Part shown: positions 23,013-36,995 of the stretch, piece after piece
Position numbering within the stretch: position 1 is the first letter of the stretch
How the letters are laid out: the number at the start of each line of letters is the position of its first letter
Assembly: GCA_002269645.1 (NCBI GenBank)
Contig: NIVC01001233.1
Coordinates: 62,001 to 126,000, forward strand
DNA from: Macrostomum lignano
Lineage: Eukaryota
DNA length: 64,000 bases
Direction: 5' to 3'
Position numbers and translations under genes: made by a program
Notes under the pieces: generated by a model
What the model was told of the DNA's origin: nothing
What the model saw: the letters and a program-made list of their open reading frames with translations, nothing else
Database searches by the model: none

Positions 23013-26000
23013 GTGAGCATTTTGTTTTGCATCAATATATTAATAAATGCAATTATAAAAAATTTAATTTACGATCAAGCTACACAAAATACATATCAGT
23101 TAAAACTTAAAATATTTTTGTTTTGTTTAAATGTTTATTAAGTCATTGAAAAAATTTAGTTTGCTTATTTTCTGAGAACGTTTTCACTATAACTTCCTGA
23201 CAACAGATGGCGATTGTTTATGACGTTGGCCAGCCATCGCCCTGCCAGCCACGCCCAGACCATGTGCATCTAATAACTTTCTTAAGTTTTTTATCAAAAA
23301 ATATAGCAAGTTATGTTTGCCATTTTTGTTTTACAATATCAACAAATTACAAGCACACGTAGGATGCGGCCAGTCAGGCATAGCGATAGCGGCCATAGGC
23401 CCATAGCCTAGAAAGCTACGAAATAAAAAAATCGTTTTCAATTAGTATATGTATGCAAGGACTTCTTAGGTCTACAGTCTGTTTCCTTTACTTTTCATGT
23501 TGATGTTACTCAAATGAGTTTTAAATTAAGATTTTCTGGTTTTCTGTTTTGACAAGTCAAGCTAGGCCTAGCTAGGGCTAGGCTAGCCATGCTCATGCTG
23601 TTCTCTTTATAAAAATCTGTGGCAATAGTGCAGTTTCGTTCGCGAAATTATTTTTCGTTTAAATTCGAAAGTTCGAAACCAGAAAACAATAAAAACGATA
23701 AAAATTGATGTTTTAAACCATTCTAATGATTGTGGCAGAGACCATGGCAGTCATCAGGTCGCACGCATTTGCCATTTAGCTCTAGTTGCGGTAGAGCATT
23801 TGCTGGCAGCACTTCATTTGGCGGAATTATCCACGAGGGTCTTGGTGGTCATCCAGCCATCATACAATATGTTGTCCAAAAAAAAGCAGATATTAGCAGC
23901 TTCTTAGCTAAAGGGAAACAGTTCAAGCCCCCCCCCACTTGAGCCCCTTTCGATTTTTTAAACTATTTTTTCCATAGACAAATTGCATTTCAAGTAGCAT
24001 TCGAGTGTGGCACAGATTTAATGAAAAAAGTATATTAATAGAGTGCCCATTTGCTTTAAAGTTCTGTGACCAGTGAGCACTGGCATAGTTGCTAGAATGG
24101 TTTAAAACATTGTTGTTATTGTTTTCTGGTTTTGAACTTTCAAATTTAAACAAAAAATAATTTCACAAACAAAATTGCACTATTGCCAAATCTGTTTACA
24201 CTTTAAAATAAACTATTTTGCATGGCTATATATTTACATGCTAAATTACAAAATAATCTAGTCAAGCTTAATATAGGTAAGGTAGCAGAATGGGCACCCG
24301 CGCCTTCCCATTGTGTCCCCTCCGGGACAGCCCTGCAGCTAAGTCAAATATAGGTAAGGGGTATCATTCTTAATTTTATAAAGATATAAAAAATATAAAT
24401 TGAACTAAACATAGATTATGATAGATACTATAGTTATATATAGTTATATGTAGCTTATAGTTATAATATAGGCCTAAAACTTTTCATGCAGTTAAATGAC
24501 CAAATTAGAAGACAAAATGATTTTATGAATATTAGTATATTAAGAAGTTTCAAATGACACAAATTAGGGGCCTATTATCAATCCTACAAACTATTTTCTT
24601 TTTTATTGAGCTACCAAGCCATAGTAAGGAAGATAGCCTTTTTCATGGAAAATTCTAGTGCAACAGTAGGCAAGGAAGAAAAATTTGGCGCAGTACAGTG
24701 CAAGACAAAAATTGGCACAATTTGGTATAAGACAAAACTTTTGATGAGACAATATTTTTTGACAGAAAATTAGCATGTAATTTCTTTTTATCAGCACTTT
24801 TTGTTTGCCAGTATATTAATGGATTTTTAATTAATTTATGTTAACATTGCATTTTCTATGAAATAGATTCAAATACAAGTTTTAACCAGTATTTTTCAAA
24901 TAGAAAATTACTGGTTTTTGCATTTTTTTCAAAAAGTTGCAATATATGATGCAACAAACTTTTTGATATGATTTTGTTCCAGTGCATGGTGCAATCAAAA
25001 TTTTTTGATAGGATTCATTCTAGTGTAGGCCAGTCAATTGAACAGTCAATTCAATAATTCATTTTGATAATAACATTGGACTTTAATTATATTTGTTTTG
25101 GCAATAAGTACTTTTATCTTGGTTATTTTTTTATCTTAATTATGACTCAGTATTGACATTTAGAGGTTTCTAAAGAATATACTAAAATAGATAAATAATA
25201 TTTTATTTAATTTTTTTTCTAAGGATACCAATCATCTTTATTTATAGTGTAGTTTTTCTAGTATAACTTTTTATAATGTAAAAGCTCATATACTGCTCTT
25301 TTTGAGCTTCAAGTGCTTTTTAGTATTTTAAGATTTACCTTGAAATTTAATTAAAGACTAGAACTAGAACTCAGATATTTTTGAATTAATTTAAAAATGT
25401 ACAAATTAAATTAAACAACATGCCCATTATTGACAGTTAGGCCTAAATAATATATTGATCTTGAAATGGAATAAATTTGTAATATTATTTTATAGCTGAT
25501 CTTTTCTAATATGTTTTATTAGTAAAATGAATTAAAATGACTAGTTATCAAATCTTTTCTTTGTTGCCAAAATGTCTGCCATTAAAACAACTTATTATTG
25601 AAACATCTTATGTTTATATAATAATGGGCAATCTAAAATATGAAGTTGCTAAATGAATTTTTGGATAAAGATAGTGCTAAAGATACTTGTTTAAGTGCAA
25701 GTTGAATAGGATGAATAGGAATAGTGCCATATATATTTTTAAATAAAGCTTTCATATGTATCCAAGTCCCTATGATAGTTTTTTGTATATAATTGTAATA
25801 TGAGCTTCTAGATAGCAACTGCAGGGTTATAAGTTTCTAATGGATATATCATTAACTAATTATAGTTGACTCTATATCAGACATCTAATAGCTCTAATAA
25901 AAAGACATCATTAGTAAAAAGCAAATTGTTTTTTTGATTGAAAACTCAATTGAAATGCTATAATTAGAACTAAAAAGGAAGAGCTCTTTAATTTTATAGA

Positions 26001-26228
26001 AATTTATTTAATATTTTATAAAATAATATGCAAATTTGGCTGTCTTACTTGCATGCATTATATTTTTTTTTTTTTAATTTTTAAATTTAAAAATATAATA
26101 TTTTTATAATATTATAATATAAAAAATAATATATATATATTAGGCCTAGTCCATTCATCTTAAATAGATAATTATTTTCAGATTTGCATTGATCAAATAA
26201 AATTTTTATGCATGCAACAAGCATAGCT

Positions 26229-26288
26229 ATGGCAGAAGTGGGCAACCTATTGGACTTTGGTACACCTGATGAACAAAACCAAGCACAA
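26229..26288 (+). CDS. LIM-domain protein exon (MAEVGNLLDFGTPDEQNQAQ)
   Basis: Acceptor TTTTCAG at 26181; ATG 26229; donor GTAAGA, phase 0. Confidence 0.65.
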
Positions 26289-26442
26289 GTAAGAATTTGA
26301 CTTTAATAAAGTTGCAAAAAATTGCCAGGGCAAACCAGATTGTTGACCTACTAAGACAGGAAGAAATTGATATGCATTTTACATTTTTTAGAAGATTCAG
26401 ACATTTTGCATCTTGCCTTTACTATTACATATTTAATTTCAG

Positions 26443-26508
26443 GCTGCCATTGAGCCCAACACAGATAATCTGCTAGACTTTGCTAACAATGAGGATAGTG
26501 CCATTGAA
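26443..26508 (+). CDS. LIM-domain protein exon (AAIEPNTDNLLDFANNEDSAIE)
   Basis: TTTCAG| ... |GTAAGT, phase 0/0; shares the NLLDF motif with the previous exon. Confidence 0.7.
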
Positions 26509-27718
26509 GTAAGTATTTGAGCTAATTGTATGCTTTGCTTTGTATTAAAACAGTATATCTTATAAACATTGATATAATTCTGCTTTTCTTTGCTTGCTTT
26601 ATATATAGATGCTGTGTGTTGTCATGTAGAAGTTATTATATCATATTAAACACCAACTACTTATGTATTATTATAATAATGTACTTCTTTAATGTGGTGC
26701 ACCCCTATCTATTATATGACAACTTACACAAGAAATTTATTTGAAATTTCCTCGTCAAAAAATTTCAGGACTTCCCATCAGCAATTTGAATTGCATATTG
26801 AAAATCAGCTGTTAAATGTTTTTATTTAACTAATTCTGTATCCATTGTTGACTCATGCTTTCTTCTATAGTCTAATTAAGATATTAACAATTCTGACTAT
26901 ATGAATTTTAACTTAGCTTAGTAATAACCATTGAGTACTTTTGAGCACACTAGATTTTTATTCTAACATCCGCTGACCCTAAATTAGACATTTTTCTGTT
27001 GCACACATTTTTACACAACTAAGCAAACTGCATTGCGCACATATGGTACGTGCCCTGCTGCTGCACCTGTGGATTTAATTACACACTGGGCCAGCTCAGT
27101 TGCTGCCGTCTGTGCATTGAATTTTTCATTGTTTATAATAGTTGATCCAGCATGAATGCAGGATATGAAGCTTAATCATCACCCTCTAACTAGTGCTTTT
27201 CAATGCAAGAGCTTCGAACTACCCCATATGCCTGTATATTATTACAATGTGTGCCAGTGCGGATCATTAGTGCAACCATGCCATTGACTTATTTATTTGG
27301 TTTCACCATTCCAAACTGCATTTGAAATTTTCTTTATGAATTCCTGTGTTTTTTCGTTTAACCGTCAGTCTTGTTACATATTAACGCCTATTGTTTATTA
27401 TGAATTTGTAAATCTGTTTTATTTGTTCGGAGTTATAGCGCTAGCGCTGGCTGATACTTGCAAGGAGAAGGGGGTGCTCAACCCTAGTGCAGTGCGTCAC
27501 CCGCCCAATTCGAGATAAGAGGCGTTGGGTCTGGGTGATGTTGAAGTCTGCATCATTCTCTCTCTCTCTCTTTCTCTCTGTGTTTATGACCACTCCATAC
27601 TCAAGCCTGAGTCAGACAGACGCACAGCCGGGTGTGTTCTCAGTGCTCAGTCTATTCATTGTATACAAAATTTCACCCAGACACAATAACAAATAGTTTT
27701 TTGGCCATTATTCCACAC

Positions 27719-27907
27719 GGGGCATCACAAACCCGAAATATCACAGACCCGAAATATCACAGACCCGAAATATCATAACTCCGAAAACCAAAATAGCAAC
27801 ACCCAGCACAAACCCGAAACATCATAACTTCGGGTTTGTGATATTTCGGGTTCATGATGGGAAGTGCTTTCGGAGTTGTGATGTTTCAGGTTTATGATGG
27901 CGACCCC
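27719..27907. mobile_element. Foldback MITE with GGGG termini, related to 19008-19172
   Basis: TIR GGGG(TCGC)CATCA(C/T)AAACC(C/T)GAAA; internal repeated CCCGAAATATCA; no TSD seen. Confidence 0.65.
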
Positions 27908-28378
27908 AAAACGCTTAATACACACTTAGCAAAATGTTAAGAGTTTCCACCCCAAAACCACTGGTCAACTTGTCTCAGATCTCAGCCCTTAGGCCTTAGA
28001 GACGCAGTTGAAATCAAATCGAACTCTTAATTACCTGCACAGTGAGGGCGTGGAGAAAATCTGGCGTATTCTATTTTTAGCAACACATTCTATTCAGTTT
28101 ACGGCTTCTACACATGTATGCCTAAAGAAATACAGTAACGCTATAGCCATTTTGCACAGTAAATATCTGCTTATTTAACTGCGCAATAAGGACTGTAACA
28201 GGTCTTTCTAGCTATATATGTTAGTCAACGTAAATTCTGACTGCGTAGGAAGCGAATATAGTTGCGTAAATAACTTTATTTGGTTCTAATTTATTAGGAA
28301 ATATGATGGATGGCTTTAGTGGCGGCTTGATGAACGAATTATTGTTTGAGTTTCATGAGTGTTTGCCTTCGTTTTCAG

Positions 28379-28508
28379 AGCCAATCGGCACTTCCAGATT
28401 TGGAAGCGGAACCGACAGAAACAACAACGGAAGCAGCAGAGCCTCAGGAGCAGCTCACCGAACTGGTCGAGGGGGAAGAACGCGAGGCCGACGTTTGCGA
28501 GACAGTTG
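28379..28508 (+). CDS. LIM-domain protein exon (SQSALPDLEAEPTETTTEAAEPQEQLTELVEGEEREADVCETV)
   Basis: TTTTCAG| phase 0; G|GTGAGG phase 1; frame not in the ORF track. Confidence 0.72.
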
Positions 28509-28544
28509 GTGAGGCCTGCTGACTGGCGGGGCGAGGCGCGGTAG

Positions 28545-29100
28545 AGAGGAGAGGAGTAGTCAATGGAGATAGGTAGAAGGCGGAGAGGAGAATAGTAGAC
28601 AGCGGAGAAGAGGATTAAACAGCGCAGAGGAGTAGACAGCGGATAGGAGGAGTAGACAGCGGAGAAGAGGAGTAGACAGCAGAGAGGAGGAGTAGACAGC
28701 GGAGAGGTGGAGTAGACAGCGGAGAAGAGGAGTAGACAGCGGAGAGGTTGAGAAGACAGCGGAGAGGAGGAGTAGTCAGCGGAGAAGAGGAGCAGGCAGC
28801 GGAGAGGTTGAGAAGACAGCGGAGAGGAGGAGTAGTCAGCGGAGAAGAGGAGCAGGCAGCGGAGAGGTTGAGAAGACAGCGGAGAGGAGGAGTAGACAGC
28901 GGAGAAGAGGAGCAGGCAGCGGAGAGGTTGAGAAGACAGCGGAGAGGAGGAGTAGTCAGCGGAGAAGAGGAGCAGGCAGCGGAGAGGAGTAGACAGCGGA
29001 TAGGAGGAGTAGACAGCGGAGAAGAGGAGTAGACAGCAGAGAGGAGGAGTAGACAGCGGAGAGGTGGAGTAGACAGCGGAGAAGGAGCTGACTGTGGAAA
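28545..29100. repeat. GA-rich 20-bp minisatellite with 60-bp higher-order repeat
   Basis: AGTAGACAGCGGAGAGGAGG variants; 3-unit block repeated. Confidence 0.88.
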
Positions 29101-30436
29101 GGAGTAGAGAAGGTAGAGAAGGGAAAAGAAGAATAGAGGGGGTAGTGGAGTAGATCGGAGAGAAGACTGGACATAGGACCGTATGCGGCAATAATGGTAA
29201 TAACAGGCGGTAGAAAGAAAGTGGGTCATGGCAGGGTTTGACGTCAATTTTTAGTATGCCATGTCTATTGCTCTGCATGCGTGTGGGTGTACTAAATACG
29301 CACAGCAGTGTGGCAATCAAGAGAAACCTGACATGTAGTTAGCTTACAGATAGGCAGTTCAAGTGTGCTAGGAGTTCTTCGGTCAGCTGCCAGCACGCAG
29401 CCCCGCTGCATAATTGAGTGCGCCGACATTGCTCACCCGATCCCCGCTGCTTTATTAATTCTGTTTACCTGTTTATCCTGTCCGATCTGACTGGCTGTCT
29501 CGCCTTTTTATCTCTCTTTTTGTTCTATTTGAAGCGTATCAGCTCTGTGCAGCTGCTGGAGCCAGCGGCCAGCTCAACCAGGTAAGACCCTCAGGCACCC
29601 AGGAAGTTGCATCCCGGGCTTATCTGTGAGGATAAGCCCAAATCTGAGAGGAAATGGGAGAAAATAGAAGGTGATAGATGAGAGACGGGATGAGAGAAGA
29701 GATAAGAGAGGAGATTAGAGAGAAGAGAGCTGAGAAGAGACGCAAGCATTGAGCGGGCCGGATTGCTATTGTGAAGTTTCAAAGGACCCGAGGGCCGGAT
29801 AGAGAGGCTTCGCGGGCCGGAGTTTGCCGACCCCCCCCCCCCCCCCCGGTCTTAGCTGCACTCTTGTACTGCAACTAGTTTTTATCTTTCACTCACCAAT
29901 ATGGTCTTCCATTCACTTGCGTTCATTTAATTTATGTGTAATGTGTGTGAAATTCTTTTTTTTAAGAAAGAGTTTCTTAAAGCTTTCACTTACGCGGCCT
30001 CCTTGCTGATAACCAGTTAGCAGCCTTACGGCTGGGACTACAGTGCTCTACTGCGGCAGTGAGAGAGAGACGGAGAGCAGTCCAGATAAGACTGGGCTGC
30101 TATATCTCTTATAGCTCTCACATGCAGGTCAGGGTTTTCCCTAATTTTTCATATCTCTTATGTAGGCCAGTCACCATGGCATGTTCTGTCTGCTCGGGGT
30201 TTTATGTACCTAAGTCATGCGGCAGCTTGAGGTTGGAAGGCTACTACTGTGAGCTCAAGTTTTGTGCCCCTTAAACTCCTGCTCATAGTAACTGGTTCTA
30301 TTTCTTGTCTTTATAGCCGGGATTTGGGATGCTGGGGCCTCTTCCTACCCCTTACTGCTGTGAGCACTAGGAGCTTGAGCACTGGGGAAAGAGAGCTTGC
30401 TCAGTCATGGAATGCGAGGGTTGGAATATGGAATTG

Positions 30437-30462
30437 TCTATCTATTTATCTATCTATCTATA

Positions 30463-30497
<35 letters not shown>

Positions 30498-30515
30498 ATA
30501 TCTATCTATATATCC

Positions 30516-30602
<87 letters not shown>

Positions 30603-30631
30603 CATCTATCTATCTATCTATCTATATATCC

Positions 30632-30673
<42 letters not shown>

Positions 30674-30711
30674 ATATCTGTCTATCTATCTATCTATCTA
30701 TCTATACATCC

Positions 30712-30762
<51 letters not shown>

Positions 30763-30791
30763 CATCTATCTATCTATCTATCTATATATCC

Positions 30792-30827
<36 letters not shown>

Positions 30828-30831
30828 GTCC

Positions 30832-30877
<46 letters not shown>

Positions 30878-30904
30878 ATATCCATCTATCTATCTATCTA
30901 TCTG

Positions 30905-30957
<53 letters not shown>

Positions 30958-30963
30958 ATATCC

Positions 30964-31011
<48 letters not shown>
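30437..31011. repeat. (TATC)n / GATA microsatellite, ~575 bp
   Basis: Direct inspection. Confidence 0.98.
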
Positions 31012-31012
<1 letters not shown>

Positions 31013-31667
31013 GACTTGACTAAAGTAACTATCTTATAGCTAAGAAAATATTTTGGGATAAGAGTTTCCTATCCATATTTCAAGTCAGGCAGCAGTCCAT
31101 GACTGCGGCAAGTGCAAAGGCTCGCCGCCCGCCCACAGCGTGAGTCAGCTAGGGCTAAAATAGCTTTCAATGCAAATCGTGCCGCCGGCCACCAGTGGCT
31201 CATGAAGGCCGGCAGTCGCTGTGTGGTGTCAGTTCTTTTCACTCCCAGCTGCGCATTTGGGTGCACCGGCGCTGTACACACTGGGAACTCCGGGAACACT
31301 TTCTTCGCATCTGCGTTCTCTGCTCTCGCTCTCAGTCACCCTCTTCCCAGTCTATCTTCCTCCCCTCTCACACACGCAGCTCTTACCGAGCACCCTTATC
31401 CCGATCGAATATTCCGCTTCTGGGTGCAGCCTTGGAGCGGCAGCGATCGATAAATGTGCTTTCTGCGCTCAGTTTTAGCCTCTACCAAAATTCTTTGCTC
31501 GCTGTTGGGCTCAATGGGAATAGGAAGGCTTTCTGAAGGCTAACTTGAGTATGTTTATTGATTCACAGATTGCTCATTAAGGATCCTCATGTATATATAT
31601 TTCCAGATCGATGCATGCGCAGGCCTATTCTTTATCCATTTATCCATAGTCATATGATTGGTCATAC

Positions 31668-34600
31668 TTATTCCCTGTAGCTATTATGATCGGTCATTGG
31701 AATTCCCCTGTAGCTATTATGATCGGTCATTGGAATTCCCCTGTAGCTATTAGGATCGGTCATTGGAATTCCCCTGTAGCTATTATGGTCGGTCATTGGA
31801 ATTCCCCTGTAGCTATTATGATCGGTCATTGGAATTCCCCTGTAGCTATTAGGATCGGTCATTGGAATTCCCCTGTAGCTATTATGGTCGGTCATTGGAA
31901 TTCCCCTGTAGCTATTATGGTCGGTCATTGGAATTCCCCTGTAGCTATTATGGTCGGTCATTGGAATTCCCCTGTAGCTATTAGGATCGGTCATTGGAAT
32001 TCCCCTGTAGCTATTATGATCGGTCATTGTCATTCCCTGTAGCTATTATGATCGGTCATTGGAATTCCCCTGTAGCTATTATGGTCGGTCATTGGAATTC
32101 CCCTGTAGCTATTAGGATCGGTCATTGGAATTCCCCTGTAGCTATTATGATCGGTCATTGGAATTCCCCTGTAGCTATTATGATCGGTCATTGGAATTCC
32201 CTGTAGCTATTATGATCGGTCATTGGAATTCCCCTGTAGCTATTATGATCGGTCATTGGAATTCCCTGTAGCTATTATGATCGGTCATTGGAATTCCCCT
32301 GTAGCTATTATGATCGGTCATTGGAATTTCCCTGTAGCTATTATGATCGGTCATTGGAATTTCCCTGTAGCTATTATGATCGGTCATTGGAATTCCCCTG
32401 TAGCTATTTTGATCGGTCATTGGAATTTCCCTGTAGCTATTATGATCGGTCATTGGAATTCCCCTGTAGCTATTATGATCGGTCATTGGAATTCCCCTGT
32501 AGCTATTATGATCGGTCATTGGAATTCCCCTGTAGCTATTATGATCGGTCATTGGAATTCCCTGTAGCTATTATGATCGGTCATTGGAATTCCCCTGTAG
32601 CTATTATGGTCGGTCATTGGAATTCCCCTGTAGCTATTAGGATCGGTCATTGGAATTCCCCTGTAGCTATTATGGTCGGTCATTGGAATTCCCCTGTAGC
32701 TATTATGATCGGTCATTGGAATTCCCTGTAGCTATTATGGTCGGTCATTGGAATTCCCCTGTAGCTATTGTGATCGGTCATTGGAATTCCCCTGTAGCTA
32801 TTATGGTCGGTCATTGGAATTCCCCTGTAGCTATTATGATCGGTCATTGGAATTCTCCTGTAGCTATTATGATCGGTCATTGTCATTCCCTGTAGCTATT
32901 ATGATCGGTCATTGTCATTCCCTGTAGCTATTATGGTCGGTCATTGGAATTCCCCTGTAGCTATTATGGTCGGTCATTGGAATTCCCCTGTAGCTATTAG
33001 GATCGGTCATTGGAATTCCCCTGTAGCTATTATGATCGGTCATTGGAATTCCCCTGTAGCTATTATGATCGGTCATTGGAATTCCCCTGTAGCTATTAGG
33101 ATCGGTCATTGTCATTCCCTGTAGCTATTATGATCGGTCATTGTCATTCCCTGTAGCTATTATGATCGGTCATTGTCATTCCCTGTAGCTATTATGATCG
33201 GTCATTGTCATTCCCTGTAGCTATTATGATCGGTCATTGTCATTCCCTGTAGCTATTATGATCGGTCATTGTCATTTCCTGTAGCTATTAGGATCGGTCA
33301 TTGCATTTCCTGTAGCTATTAGGATCGGTCATTGTCATTCCCTGTAGCTATTATGATCGGTCATTGGAATTCCCCTGTAGCTTTTATGATCGGTCATTGG
33401 AATTCCACTGTAGCTTTTATGATCGGTCATTGGAATTCCCCTGTAGCTATTAGGATCGGTCATTGGAATTCCCCTGTAGCTATTATAATCGGTCATTGGA
33501 ATTCCCCTGTAGCTATTAGGATCGGTCATTGGAATTCCCCTGTAGCTATTATGATCGGTCATTGGAATTCCCCTGTAGCTATTATGATCGGTCATTGGAA
33601 TTCCCCTGTAGCTATTATAATCGGTCATTGGAATTCCCCTGTAGCTTTTATGATCGGTCATTGGAATTCCCCTGTAGCTATTATGATCGGTCATTGGAAT
33701 TCCCCTGTAGCTATTATGATCGGTCATTGGAATTCCCCTGTAGCTATTATAATCGGTCATTGGAATTCCCCTGTAGCTTTTATGATCGGTCATTGGAATT
33801 CCCCTGTAGCTATTATAATCGGTCATTGGAATTCCCTGTAGCTATTATGATCGGTCATTGGAATTCCCCTGTAGCTATTATGATCGGTCATTGGAATTCC
33901 CCTGTAGCTATTATGATCGGTCATTGTCATTCCCTGTAGCTATTATGATCGGTCATTGTCATTCCCTGTAGCTATTATGATCGGTCATTGTCATTTCCTG
34001 TAGCTATTAGGATCGGTCATTGTCATTCCCTGTAGCTATTAGGATCGGTCATTGTCATTCCCTGTAGCTATTATGATCGGTCATTGGAATTCCCCTGTAG
34101 CTATTATGATCGGTCATTGGAATTCCCCTGTAGCTATTATGATCGGTCATTGTCATTCCCTGTAGCTATTATGATCGGTCATTGTCATTCCCTGTAGCTA
34201 TTATGATCGGTCATTGTCATTCCCTGTAGCTATTATGATCGGTCATTGTCATTCCCTGTAGCTATTATGATCGGTCATTGTCATTTCCTGTAGCTATTAG
34301 GATCGGTCATTGCATTTCCCGTAGCTATTAGGATCGGTCATTGTCATTCCCTGTAGCTATTATGATCGGTCATTGGAATTCCCCTGTAGCTTTTATGATC
34401 GGTCATTGGAATTCCCCTGTAGCTATTATGATCGGTCATTGGAATTCCCCTGTAGCTATTATGATCGGTCATTGGAATTCCCCTGTAGCTATTATAATCG
34501 GTCATTGGAATTCCCCTGTAGCTATTATAATCGGTCATTGGAATTCCCCTGTAGCTATTATGATCGGTCATTGGAATTCCCCTGTAGCTATTATGATCGG

Positions 34601-35300
34601 TCATTGGAATTCCCCTGTAGCTATTATAATCGGTCATTGGAATTCCCCTGTAGCTTTTATGATCGGTCATTGGAATTCCCCTGTAGCTATTATGATCGGT
34701 CATTGGAATTCCCCTGTAGCTATTATGATCGGTCATTGGAATTCCCCTGTAGCTATTAGGATCGGTCATTGTCATTCCCTGTAGCTATTAGGATCGGTCA
34801 TTGTCATTCCCTGTAGCTATTATAATCGGTCATTGGAATTCCCTGTAGCTATTATGATCGGTCATTGGAATTCCCCTGTAGCTATTATGATCGGTCATTG
34901 TCATTCCCTGTAGCTATTATGATCGGTCATTGGAATTCCCCTGTAGCTATTATGATCGGTCATTGGAATTCCCCTGTAGCTATTATGATCGGTCATTGGA
35001 ATTCCCCTGTAGCTATTATGATCGGTCATTGGAATTCCCCTGTAGCTATTATAATCGGTCATTGGAATTCCCCTGTAGCTATTATGTTCGGTCAATGGAA
35101 TTCCCCTGTAGCTATTATAATCGGTCATTGGAATTCCCCTGTAGCTATTAGGATCGGTCATTGGAATTCCCCTGTAGCTATTAGGATCGGTCATTGGAAT
35201 TCCCCTGTAGCTATTATGATCGGTCATTGGAATTCCCCTGTAGCTATTAGGATCGGTCATTGTCATTCCCTGTAGCTATTATGATCGGTCATTGTCATTC
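31668..35300. repeat. 33-bp minisatellite (32-bp variants), ~3.6 kb
   Basis: Unit CCCTGTAGCTATTATGATCGGTCATTGGAATTC; 11-aa periodic ORFs. Confidence 0.97.
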
Positions 35301-35524
35301 CTAGATAGGCTGTTATGATCTTTCATTTTCACCCTCATATAGGCTATTATGAGCGGTCATTATCCAATCATCAAAGCCTTGCAAGGCCTAGAATTGTCAT
35401 TTTTATCGTTCAGTGAACAATTCACGATTTTAAATTTAGTCACTCAGCTCTGTTGCAACTCAGTCACTCTGTACTGTCATATTATTGTGATTATTTTGCT
35501 TCTGCATCAACTGAACTTCCTCAG

Positions 35525-35832
35525 AGGAGGCTCAATCGCCATTGGAGCCAGCCGAATCCGGCACTGTGCAGCAGCAGGAGCAGCAGCAGGATCCAATCAT
35601 CGAACTGGACAGTCCAAATCCTGCCGACACCAGCGGCATGGCGGAGCAGCAGCAGCAGCAAGGAGACGAACCCGCCGCCATTGACTTCGGCAGCATTCTG
35701 TCCGCCGACGGGCAGTCAGTTGCCAACAACGAGGAGGTCAAGGTCGACGTTGATGCCGATGTCGATGTCAGGGCCGATGCGTCAGTATTCGACAATCGAC
35801 AATATGAAGTTGAATCCAGCGGCGGTGGAGTG
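35525..35832 (+). CDS. LIM-domain protein exon (acidic, Q-rich)
   Basis: CTTCCTCAG| phase 1 matches the donor at 28509; |GTGAGT phase 0; corresponds to ORF 35542..35886. Confidence 0.78.
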
Positions 35833-35933
35833 GTGAGTGCTCAGTGGATTTGGGAATTCCAGTCTGGCTATGCGCCTTATGCTTAAGCATGAACTCATTG
35901 TTTTTGTTGAATTATGGTCTGTTATGACTTATT

Positions 35934-36176
35934 CGATTCTCATTGGCTGGTGCTGGGTGTACACTGTCTCGCCATTTTGAACTGTCCTTTCTTCCTAATC
36001 CGACCCCGCTCGACTCTCATTGGCTGGTGCTGGGTGTACACTGTCTCGCCATTTTGAACTGTCCTTTCTTCCTAATCCGACCCCGCTCGACTCTCATTGG
36101 CTGGTGCTGGGTGTACACTGTCTCGCCCTTTTGAACTGTCCTTTCTTCCCACCCCGCTCGACTCTCATTGGCTGGT
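35934..36176. repeat. 77-bp tandem repeat, ~3.3 copies
   Basis: CATTGGCTGGTG recurs at 35941, 36018, 36095 and 36166. Confidence 0.9.
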
Positions 36177-36619
36177 GCCTTTTTCAGATCTAACTTATGT
36201 TATTATTATCTACTTTTCCTTGCATGCGACTTCCGTTGCCTAAGTGTTTTTACCTTGATTAATACCACTTTCCTACGTTATTTTCTATACCTGTGCTTGT
36301 GAATGGCTATTTCTGAAACCTGACTCTTGCTAAGTAATTAACTAATATAATTAATACTGGCAACAATAATGTACTACTCTGGTTTCCTCACATCCAGCCA
36401 ACCTTTTGCTGCACTGGTAAAACTACTAAGTCTTAACTCTATTGAAACTAGGCATCCTAGAACTAGTGCTAATGACCCGTTTTCTCTTGCACACTACCTG
36501 GATTAACCTTACAGTCATGAATCACAGTTAACCCATTCAACTGATTATTACGCGGTCAAAACAATTTACACTCATTGTTTGTTGTGTCATATTTTTATTT
36601 TGAGTTAATGGTGTGAGAT

Positions 36620-36995
36620 GGGGTCTTGATGTGCCAGGGTGGTCCAGCGCGGCGCTCTGATGTGCCAGCGGCCCAGGCTCGATTCCAAGTGCAGTCACAT
36701 TAATTTGGGGCTGAATTAGAATCTTGGCTTGGCTCTGCTCGTGCAGTTAACGCCCTTGAGGGCAAACCCCCCCTCCAAAGGCACAGTAAAGTGTACATGC
36801 CTAACGATAAAAAAGATTAGGACCGCTGTACACTCCTGTGTGAGTGCGTGCCTGTGCGTATGACTGCGTACGTATCCGCACGCTTGTGTGCCTGCTCAGG
36901 GGAGTCGGCGGAATGGGCAGTAATGCCTCTCGCCGGTTGTGTGACAATGTCGCTTAAAGTGCGCCAGGGTGCACACAGCCCCCTGTCTCTAACTA
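36620..36995 (+). mobile_element. tRNA-derived SINE-like element
   Basis: B-box-like GGCTCGATTCC at 36676 with an A-box-like motif upstream; the body is similar to 38135-38300; CTAA-like tail. Confidence 0.45.

Noticed and set aside
28316-29320. 334-aa and 210-aa minus-strand ORFs
   Set aside because: Low-complexity translations of the GA-rich repeat, antisense to a real exon.
30249-35275. IYLS-repeat and PVAIMIGHWNS/MTDHNSYRGIP-repeat ORFs
   Set aside because: Artefacts of the (TATC)n microsatellite and the 33-bp satellite.
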